The notes below the pieces were generated by a model. It did no database searches and had not been told where the DNA came from. It saw only the letters and a list, made by a program, of their open reading frames with translations. A stretch of 64,000 nucleotides of DNA. It comes from Octopus vulgaris. Lineage: Eukaryota. The DNA lies in NCBI GenBank assembly GCA_951406725.2, contig OX597820.1, forward strand, positions 12,958,001-13,022,000, in the 5' to 3' direction. Below are positions 53,856-64,000 of the stretch, piece by piece. The translations under genes were made by a program, and so were the position numbers. How positions within the stretch are numbered: the stretch's first letter is position 1; every line of letters begins with the position of its first letter.

Positions 53856-54546
53856 AAGTAGTTGAATGAATTATCCTAGTATGGATAATTCGGCTAACCG
53901 ATACCCGGGTAGCAGATTCACGTCAGAAAAACACGGTTGAAGCTACATGCCAAGGGCAGAGATCACGTACTTTCGTGTGGAAATTTCTGTTTCTTTTAAT
54001 ACAAATAAATGAAAGAATGGAGTTGAACGACACAAACCTGTCACTTCACTACTAGTTGCTTTTGGCATCTACCCAACCACACACACAATCACGCACATAC
54101 ATACACACACATAGACAAGAATGCAGTTATATACATACATACACATAGGCACTCAATCTCATTAGCAAAAGCAAACAACAACACATCACTATTCATATGA
54201 CTTGCACCCTGTCACCTTCCTATTCTTAGATATCTCCCCTTCCAACCTTGTTTGAACTCTTGAACTTTCTAGAATCTTCTACATTCAACCGTTTTTGACG
54301 TCACTGCTTATAACGGAATATTTTAAAGAAACACTCATTATCGCTATGGACTCCGTGTGGGCAGTCATCTATAAGTTTTTGTTCATCATGATGCTGACAT
54401 AAGTTCCTTGTCTTTCCTGATGAGAAGGCGGCAGAATGCACCCCTTATTCCTTCGAAATTAGGAATATGCAATCTTCGAAACATATGTCGAGAATAAAGG
54501 AATTTTGTTAAATCGTCGTTCAACTCTATTCTTTCATTTATTTGTA
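53856..54546 (+). mobile_element. PLE-type non-autonomous element with inverted terminal segment and hammerhead
   Basis: Inverted repeat 54001-54031 / 54517-54546, an extension of about 145 bp outside the left arm, HHR at 54413-54493 followed by AATAAA, (TA)n flanks, and a second copy at 19443. Confidence 0.75.
54413..54493 (+). ncRNA. Type I hammerhead ribozyme motif with intact core
   Basis: UUUC CUGAUGA GAAG-[46 nt containing the UAUUCCU/AGGAAUA hairpin]-CUUC GAAA CAUAUG UC^GAGA. All core nucleotides are canonical; predicted cleavage after C54489. Confidence 0.8.
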
Positions 54547-54572
54547 TATACATACATACATACATACATACA

Positions 54573-54659
<87 letters not shown>

Positions 54660-54701
54660 AATAACAAAATCTGTTACTCTAGTTTCTCGTTGCCGTTATC
54701 A

Positions 54702-54759
<58 letters not shown>

Positions 54760-54760
<1 letters not shown>

Positions 54761-54890
54761 CTGACGAAGAACTCCGCTCGAAACGTTAAATCCTTCTTCT
54801 TTCTTTCCCTTGCTGAGCGTCCAATACTTGTTCCACGTCTTAGCGTTGTTGTATTTTCTCTTTGTGTTTTCATGTTTGAATTAAACTTTA
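54760..54890 (+). mobile_element. Short HHR-bearing element in (TA)n
   Basis: AUUU CUGACGA A GAAC-UCC-GCUC GAAA CG UU^AAAU. Tail shared with 60748 and 6898. Confidence 0.75.
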
Positions 54891-54910
54891 TATACATAAA
54901 CACTCTCATA

Positions 54911-54948
<38 letters not shown>

Positions 54949-57172
54949 CATATACATACTCAAACATATGCGTACACAAATGCAGATACATACATACACA
55001 CATATACATACGTGCTTACATATGTGAGTGCTTCTCTGGTGTGAGTGTGTGTGTGTATGAGTGTGAGTGTGTGTGTGTGTATGAGTGTGATTGTCTGGGA
55101 TTGCTTGCTAACGTTATGTGACTTGCAAATGTCAATAGACGAATTTTTGAGTGTCTGCATAACTAGAAGCGAATTATGTGATCTCGTACGAGATATATGT
55201 ATATTTTGAATATATTTGCAGAATTTGTGAAATGAAGCACCAACTGTAAATGTCATAACTGAAAAATAATTAAAAATATAATTACAAAATCAAATTGAAA
55301 TGAGATCTAAAATATTCGATAGAATTCACTGTTATTTTGGAATGCAAATATCTAAATATCTGTTCGTTGAGAATGTCGTTCGCTACTGGATATTTAGCAG
55401 AGTAATAAAACTTTACTATATATGTGCGTAAATGTGAATACAAACGTTCTGCTTTCGTCTGATATACAATAATGTTATATAGAGCTTTATATTTACCTCA
55501 TTATCAAGCTAGCTATATATCGTCACACAGACACACACACACACACATATATATATTTACTTGGCACTGATTGCGACTGAGGCTGCCGAATGGTTCCTAT
55601 ATGGCTAGGAATAAGAGTTAAATCAGCTAAAGCTGCATAAACGCACATTTGAATACACTAACAGGGGAGGGAATCTGTCAATATGTATAAACGAGCGTTT
55701 CTGCAGCTATAAGGGTATTTACCTCTTATTTCTAGCAATATAGGTGTTATTCAGCACGCTCAATCACAATTGGTGACGATTAAACCTTTCCTTGAAGGTT
55801 TTATATAGCGCTTGGGTGCTTATATTAATTATTAGAGATGGGTTGTAGTTCACTACAGCTGTTTCAGGAGCATTCTTTTGCTGGTGTACAAAATCGTTAC
55901 ATCATGCGAAAAATAGTTCTCTTTAGATGATTAAATAGAAAATTTTACATTTAAAACTACAAAATAGAACAGAGTGCAAAATGACCTTATGATTGGTGAA
56001 ATGATGCTCTAGATCGGAACAAGTGGAGAGGTGCTGTTAGGACTGGTTGTAATGCCTGGGAGGAAAAGATGACTCAGCACTGTGAATTTAAAAGCGCCTG
56101 TCGCAAATGAACAATTGGAACTGTAATCAATAGGGGTCATTGGATATGTATATGTGACCGTGCATTGTTGTCAAAAACAGGATACATAAACTATATGAAG
56201 TCACATGAAACTCGTAATGCCCAGATACGTAATGATCTTGGTCACCAACCACCTCTTACGACTTGTGTCATGTGTCAAAAAATATGTAAGACTATATCTG
56301 GTCTTTTAAAAGTCATCTAAGGGCTCATCAACGGAGTGATTATTCTGTGTGATGGGATGTGGTGTGTGTGCTGATGTGACGGCTATCATCTCTCACGATG
56401 AAGCAATCACACACACACGCACTCACACACACACACACATGCACACACACATACACACACACACACACATATGCATGTATGTATGCGAATATGTTAGGAT
56501 GGTTAGTGCGGCGCTCCAAATTTAGTAATGACATATACAAATAGAAAGTAGAAGCGATTACAGAAAAAGAATGAAGGACTGATAATTATGGAAACCATCT
56601 AATCAGCTATGGAGACCGGTTTCAAGTGCAATTTCTGCGAGTTTAATGTCCGAAGGCTTTCAATTCCTCTGTACTATTCGTCTGGTTTTCCAGTGAAATT
56701 GGGATGATGTTTCCTAGTACAATCAACAGAGAGAGACCACCAGTTTAACAACAAATTTAGTGAAGCAGCACTGGGGACCGTATTTATAATTCATTCACAT
56801 TCTATCGACTGTGAACGGTAGAATTTTGTTTCTTGCTGTCTATGAGTGAAAATGTCGACATGTAGATAGTTAAAATTGGTGCCAATTCTTAGAATTTTTC
56901 ATAAATTGCTCTAAACTCAATATTTTCCATCGTGAGACAAACCTCAGCAGTCACTCATGTAAAGACAGCAATAAACAGTTGAAACTAGTCGAATCGTTTG
57001 AATGAATGTTCGTCCGGCAGGATTACCTTAACATCTGATTGCAACGCAATTGAGATTGAGTAAATGTTTAAGTATTTAACACATGCAGATTAAATTGATT
57101 ATAATAAATTCACACACACACACACTGACAGACAGGCACGCGTATGCTATCTCAGTTATATGGTTTACATAT

Positions 57173-57403
57173 AAGGTGGCGAGCTGGCAGAAACGTTAGC
57201 ACGCCGGGCGAAATGCGTTGCCGTATTTCGTCTGCCGTTACGTTCCGAGTTCAAATTCCGCCGAAGTCGACTTTGCCTTTCATCCTTCCGGGGTCGATAA
57301 ATTAAGTACCAGTTACGCACTGGGGTCGATGTAATCGACTTAATCCGTTTGTCTGTCCTTGTTTGTCTCCTCTGTGTTTAGCCCCTTGTGGGTAGTAAAG
57401 AAA
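57173..57403 (+). mobile_element. SINE family B with apparent target-site duplication
   Basis: Near-consensus copy, flanked on both sides by TATATGGTTTACAT (about 57157 and 57407). Confidence 0.92.
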
Positions 57404-58354
57404 TATATATGGTTTACATTTTATTAGAGCTATTGACGTTCTGCAAGGTGTAGGGTTTGAGAAGCCAGAGTGCAAGGAATATTAGCAACTAGCTAACCAC
57501 GTTACGCCAATAATGACGGCTAATTGTAGTATTTATATATAAATAATGTACAAAATGAGGTACATAATAATCACACATACAAATATTCACATACTTCCTT
57601 TGTACACGCACATACATACACACATATACTCACACGGAATTGAAATGCTGATTTTTTTTCACAACTTCCTTCTTCATTCATCTATCACCCCTTCCTTTCT
57701 CTCATTGCTATTACTTTCTCTCACTCCCTCTCAGTCAGGGCTATTACTCTCACTACTTCTCCTTCACTGAATTACTATTTTCTCCCCCTCCTCCGCATCC
57801 GGCGTGATTCTGGACAAATATACATATATACAAATATATAAAAAATACTACGCTCATTATTATATTAGGAAATTATATACTGTTTGGTGTTGCTGTTTTT
57901 ATTTAACCTTGGCTTAGCACCTTGGCTTAGCACTCTTATAATGAAGTCGTTCCGGTAGTTAATATCCCGTTTTCTGTGTCTCAAACGCAATGTTCCAAGC
58001 ATGTATCGTTATATGAGCGAAAATGTGTTTGCAAAGATAAACAAAGCAAACATATATATCTGGTATCCTTTGACCTTTTAGCGATATTCTATTTAGAATT
58101 GGGTGCCATTTATTTGTCGAAGTGTAAGGCTGGAATTTGTGATGGTTGAGTGGCTACATTCAAAGGCAAAGCAGTATCGAGTTTAGAGAAAACCAGGGAT
58201 AGGTTTGCCGTTAATGATTTTGCTAAATTTATTCATAGTTTACTAAGAGTTTGGCGGTAATGGATTTGCTAAATTTAGTCTAGACTTTTCACACACCCTC
58301 ACGTACACGCACACATGTATATATAAGTGTTTTTGTGTAAATACATGCATGTAA

Positions 58355-58408
<54 letters not shown>

Positions 58409-58440
58409 TTATTTATTTAATTATATACACATACATACAT

Positions 58441-58820
58441 CAGGAGTGGCTGTGTGGTAAGTAGCTTGCTAACCAACCACATGGTTCCGGGTTCAGTCCC
58501 ACTGCGTAGGATCTTGCGCAAGTGTCTTCTGCTATAGCTCTGGGCCGACCAATGCCTTGTGAGTGGATTTGGTAGACGGAAACTGAAAGAAGCCTGTCGT
58601 ATATATGTATATATATGTATATGTATGTGTGTGTATGTGTTTGTGTGTCTGTGTTTGTACCCCTAGCATTTCTTGACAACCGATGCTGGTGTGTTTACGT
58701 CCCCGTCACTTAGCGGTTCGGCAAAAGAATAAGTCCCGGCGTCGATTTGCTCGACTAAAGGCGGTGCTCCAGCATGGCCGCAGTCAAATAACTGAAACAA
58801 GTAAAAGATTAAAGAGAGTA
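58441..58820 (+). mobile_element. SINE family A
   Basis: Matches the consensus, with a small deletion in the tail. Confidence 0.9.
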
Positions 58821-58845
58821 TATATATATATATATATATATATGC

Positions 58846-58878
<33 letters not shown>

Positions 58879-60747
58879 CATACATATTTATATATATAAA
58901 GAGAAAGAGACAGACAGAGCGAGACAGAAAGAAAGAAACGAAGATGGAGTGATGGACGGATGCCTACGTGGCTTAATGTTCAGTCGCGTTGTACGGCACG
59001 TTAGGTACTTTTCTTCTGCTACTGCAAAGGGTTGATCTATGAATTGCGTGAGAATTTGTTAAACGGAAACTTTGTGGAATCCCGTCGTAAGGTATATCTA
59101 TCTTTGTGTCTGTGCATATGATATTAGCGAACTAGAGTGAATCTACAAGAAAATAGTGCTGGAGGCACTGAACAGAACTCTAAAAATGTGAAAAACGAGG
59201 AGACGGTTGTGCTATCAGGATATTTTTACCAGACTCTGATCGTTATAGTTAAGGGAAAGGAGGCTGATGATAGTAAGCTTTTGGTATACTCTAGGGTGTC
59301 CGACAAGTCGTAAATTCCCTTAGTGCATTACAATCAAATAAATAATAACATACGATGGATAATTTTCAGCTTATTACAGCTGTTTCTAACGTAACTTTTT
59401 AATAGAAGAATGAGAACATTACTCCGTTATAAAAGACAGTAATTATCAGATGAAACCAGGAGACGATTATGCTATCAAGATGTTTTCCCCAGACGCTGAT
59501 TGTTATACATAAGGGAACGGAAGCTGATGAAATTCGAAGCTTTGTCTATGTGTGTAGACATATGCAGTAGGCATACTACTCTGCCATATTTGTGTTCAGC
59601 CTTCGAATAATATGTATAAGGAAGAATTCCAACCAAGTTTTGTGGTTCGTTACCTCAACAGCTCCTTTATAAAATCCAGTGACTAAAGACATCAGGAGGA
59701 ATCACGTCCGGTTTTGGTCCCTACTTCTCTACCATTTTCGATGTAGCGCTCCACTTCCTTTCGGTGGTGTCTTCAGCTCTTGTGTTCAATGCGTTTCTTC
59801 TTTCTCCTTTTTTCTTTGATCTTTTGTTCTTTCGTTTCTTCGATGCCATGTCAACGAATATCAGCGGGTGAATAACCATCCTGCCAAATTTCGCTTTAAA
59901 TACACACCGATAGGCTCCAGCAGCCAGCACCAGCTAAATGTAATGTATATATATTATTGGCACTTATTACTGACGCACAAGGGAGATAACCTTTTTATTC
60001 ATATGCCGCCGTTTTGTCAAGGAAATATTATTGAACCGTTTTCGTTTTAGTAAAGAAATTTCACGGTAGTAACAGTAATTTAACAATGCAGGTAGGACAA
60101 AGAGTTGCAGGCCTTGTGCAAAATTTGAAATCAGTATTTCTATTCTAACATGACAATATTTTGTTCATGAACAAAATAGCCAATTGATGGAGACCTCTAA
60201 AACGAAGAGACATTTTGATATTTGAATTTAAAAATTACATTTTTCCGAATAGCTTTTAGTCTTATTTTAATTAGTTTTTGTAATTAAATTTTTTCAATCA
60301 TCATTAAGTTATGACATTTACATTTCTATGCTCTTAATTGTACAAGCTCCATAATTGCACTAAAATATACTTACTAGATTGCCACTGAAACACATGAAAA
60401 TCAAACGTAATAATACAGAAAATTCCGCAAAATATCCATCCACGATTTTTTCAATTCACGCACAAATATGCACACACACATATACTTACAAAAATATAAT
60501 CACAGACAGTGATGATCAAAACACATACATGCATATATATATACATATATACATATATACATGAGTATTTAAACACACACACACGCATACACACACACAC
60601 ACATATGTATATATATATATGTGTGTATATATATATGTATGTATGTATTTATATATACATATGTATATATATATGATTATATATATATGCATATATATGT
60701 GTATATATCTATATATATATATATATGCATGTATATATATATACATA

Positions 60748-60943
60748 CCCCCCCCTGCCTGTATCACTAACGATTTTTTTCCTCTGTCTTCCCTTATCGG
60801 GATCTCCTATGTTTCCGACGAAGAGCTCCGCTCGAAACGTCAGACCCTCCTTCTTCCCTTCTTTCCTGAGCGTCCAATCATACTTTATTTGTTCCACATC
60901 CTTGCGTTGTTGTCTTTTTGTTTTCTTGTTTGGATTAACTTTA
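60748..60943 (+). mobile_element. Short HHR-bearing element in (TA)n (motif at 60811-60845)
   Basis: GUUU CCGACGA A GAGC-UCC-GCUC GAAA CG UC^AGAC. Stems I and II pair; the core has a U4C variant. Confidence 0.75.
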
Positions 60944-61358
60944 TATATATATATGCATTGAAATTCTTTTGAATTTGGCGCGAGAATATTCAAGATGTAA
61001 CGGATTACAACGAGGTGAGATAGATTTTTCATTTTAGGAACAGCAAGACCTGCTGAGGAGAATTGAGGCACGAGCGAGAATTTGAAATCATGATCCAGGT
61101 ACTTCTCTTGCCTCAGTCTACGTTTTTTTTTAGCAGAAATAGTAGGTTAAATTCCGCTTATTTGCCCGATTTCTGTTGGTCTGTTGTATATTTTCAGTGA
61201 GATTGGTGGTTAAGGCTGGGGGTCCTTCCACTTTCTAAGTAAGCTGGTGCTTCCTGTACCCTCCAATATAATAATGAATTTATTGTTTAATGCTAATATC
61301 ACATGATGCCACAAATATTATTGTTGTTATTATCATTTATTTAGAATTGCCGCTGATA

Positions 61359-61425
<67 letters not shown>

Positions 61426-61443
61426 TAATAATAATAATAATAA

Positions 61444-62036
61444 TCCACCTCCAGTGCTTGAAAATAACCACATCTCACTCTGGAACTTCACCATTCAAAC
61501 TGACAGAAAGATAGATGCTAACAGGCCAGATATCATATTGAAAGACTTCAGACAAAGAACATGCCTCCTCATTGATATGACTGTCCCAGTCGATATAAAC
61601 GTATCTGTCAAGACCTACCAAAAACTGAGCAAATATAAAGATCTTGAAATAGAAATCAGCAAAATGTGGAACCTGAAGACTAAAACAATACCTGTTGTCA
61701 TAGGTGCCCTGGGAATGATAGTGAAAGGGGCTGATTGCTACCTAACTCAGATACCAGGAAACCCCAAAATGGCAGAAATTCAAAAGATAGTGCTCATGGG
61801 AACTGCTCATATCCTACGCAAAATACTCTCTATGTAATCTCAAGGTTTAAAACAAACTTTTTTCTTTTTTTTTTTTAATTTATTTATTAGACATTCACTA
61901 GTACAACACAAAACAACCCCAAATATATGGCACACTAGGCATAACAACAACGTAAACTTCCAACCTGTTGTCTCTTGAGGCCTCTGAGTGAGACTTGGAG
62001 CCAACTTGTACAAACATAAAGCAAAAGTCAAACATA

Positions 62037-62040
<4 letters not shown>
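61444..62040 (+). mobile_element. 5'-truncated R4/Dong-like LINE 3' end inside (AAT)n
   Basis: Open frame 61454-61837: ISLWNFTIQTDRKIDANRPDIILKD...LLIDMTVP...KLSKYKDL...IPVVIGALG...GTAHILRKILSM*. (AAT)n on both sides. Confidence 0.9.
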
Positions 62041-62113
<73 letters not shown>

Positions 62114-62174
62114 ACAATAATAACAATAAAATATTTACGTTTATTTCTTTGGAATATTTACTCACTTTTATATG

Positions 62175-62393
62175 TGTGTGTGCGTGTGTGTGTGTGTTTG
62201 CCCCCCCCCCACATCGCTTTACAACCGATGCTGGTGTGTTTACGTCCCCGTAACTTAGCGGTTCGGCAAAGTGACCGCTAGAATAAATACTATACTTACA
62301 AAGAATAAGTCCTGGGGACGATTTGCTCGACTAAAGGTGGTGCTCCAGCATGGCCACAGCCAAATGACTGAAACAAGTAAAAGAATAAAAGAA
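62175..62393 (+). mobile_element. SINE family A 3' half
   Basis: ACATCGCTT..ACAACCGATGCTGGTGTGTTTACGTCCCCGTAACTTAGCGG...GACTGAAACAAGTAAAAGA. Confidence 0.85.
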
Positions 62394-63129
62394 TATATAT
62401 ACATGTATGTATCTATATTCGTGTGTGTGTGTGTGTGTGTGTGTGTATACATATATATATATATTTAATACAGACATACATGTGCGTTTGTATGTGCGTA
62501 CACGCATTTGTGCCAAGAAAAAGAAGCCGAACTACAATTAATAATACAATTGGTAAAGAATTTATTCTTTGCAAAATTGATGATTCCTTTATTTGTGATG
62601 AGAATCGAATCTTTCTTTTATAGATTCATTAACACGCCTGAAGGAATCTTGTATGCATTCCTTCGGAAGCGTGCATGAGTGAACACACACACACACACAC
62701 ACACATGTATATACTGTATATGTATGCATATGTACATGTGTGTTTTTGTATATATATGTATGTTTGAACAATTGCAGGAAAGATATCAGCAAAAAGATTC
62801 TACAAAAAAAATGATGTGTTGAGAATGATAGTTTGCTCATAGTGTTTAGTGAGGGACCTGTCGGGTTGAATGCAATTTCACAAGTGCAGTGGAGCAGAGA
62901 GACAAGTGGTTCGCAGGAGTGATCCTGAAAACCATGTCGATTCGAGAGACTGAGTGCGTTATATTAGTTTCTTCCAAAAATAATAGCCGCGCCCAGGTGT
63001 TGTATTTTGAAAGGCAATTTTATCATAGTATTTTAATTATATTTTAGGTGTATTTCGACATACTTAATAATTGATGTATGCTCTTTAATTATTTTCTACT
63101 TATTTCAGACAGAAAACATTCTTGAAACA

Positions 63130-64000
63130 TAGGCGCCCTTAAAAAGGGCCTTCGCTTACTTTTCTTGCGTGATTTCAAGCTTGGGTACAATACCTCCCAA
63201 ACTGCTGCCAATATCAACAGAGCAAGAGGAGAGGTGTCCATAACTTATCGCACATTACGAATATGGTTTCAGAAATTTTATAGTGGCCATGAGAGCCTTG
63301 AAGATGAAGAAGTTAGAGGACGTTCATGCAATCTTGACAATGAACAAATAAAAGAAATTGTTGAACAAAACCCACGTCAAAGTGCCAGGGAAATTCTCAG
63401 GCACTTGGTGTCGGTATTGCAACGGTCTCATGCAATCTGTAGATGGTTGGTAAAGTGAAAAAGCTCGATAAATGGGTGCTGCATGAGCTCAATAAAAATC
63501 AAAATTTCGACGTTTTGAAGTGTGCTCGATGCTCCTTCTGTGAAACACCAATGATCCTTTTCTTGACTGAATAGTCCCTTGTGGCAAAAAGTGGATTTTT
63601 TATGACAACCGTAAACTATCAGGTCAATAGCTTGATCGTGATGAGTCCCCCAAACATTTTCCAAAGCCAAAGTTGCATCAGCAAAAGATTATGGTGATTG
63701 TCTAGTGGTTTTCAATTGGTGTTGACCTTTACAGCTTTCTGAAAGCCAATCAGAGCATTACAACAGCATTACAAATGCATGCTCACTTTCAAAAAATGAC
63801 ACCTACATTGGTGAATCAGCGTGGCTCAATTCTGCTCCACGATAATACAAAACAATATGTTGCAAGAATGACGCTGCAGAAAGTCACAGACTCGGGATAT
63901 GAGACTTTACCACAACCTCTATATTTTTTTGATCTTTCACCAACTGGCTACAATTTTTTAAGCATTTTAACACGTTTTTTAAGGGATAAAACTTTCAGAT
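63130..64000 (+). pseudogene. mariner (DD34D) transposase pseudogene, runs off the window
   Basis: HTH region FKLGYNTSQTAANINRA...WFQKFYSGHESLEDE..GR, WVLHEL (WVPHEL), KWIFYDNR, KPKLHQQKIMV, LLHDN and YFFDLSPTGY (YSPDLAP.DY), with several stops and frameshifts. A possible degenerate TIR lies near 62961-62990. Confidence 0.92.

Noticed and set aside
55980-56340. I/Nimb-like LINE remnant (FATGAFK on the minus strand)
   Set aside because: Only one short motif, too little to call.

Overview
This 64 kb window is AT-rich, repeat-saturated animal DNA, either intergenic or deep intronic. The SINE families and microsatellite load suggest a coleoid cephalopod such as Octopus; that is inference, not proven. 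I found no intact host gene, and most listed ORFs are microsatellite translations. Contents: decayed LINEs (an ORF1 with a CCHC knuckle, seven R4/Dong-like copies all next to (AAT)n arrays, RTE and CR1/Jockey-like scraps), a Helitron Rep remnant plus non-autonomous Helitrons, mariner and DD37D-like transposase relics, MITEs and at least four tRNA-headed SINE families. The most notable signal is a set of type I hammerhead ribozyme (HHR) motifs of the kind known from Penelope-like elements (PLEs), present in at least four unrelated short non-coding families. One family is a chimera of a tRNA-derived Pol III head, an (AAT)n spacer and an HHR tail. In one copy that spacer appears to have received a Dong-like LINE and a non-autonomous (AAT)n-targeted element. 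Coordinates were read by eye and may be off by a few bases; family names need database confirmation.
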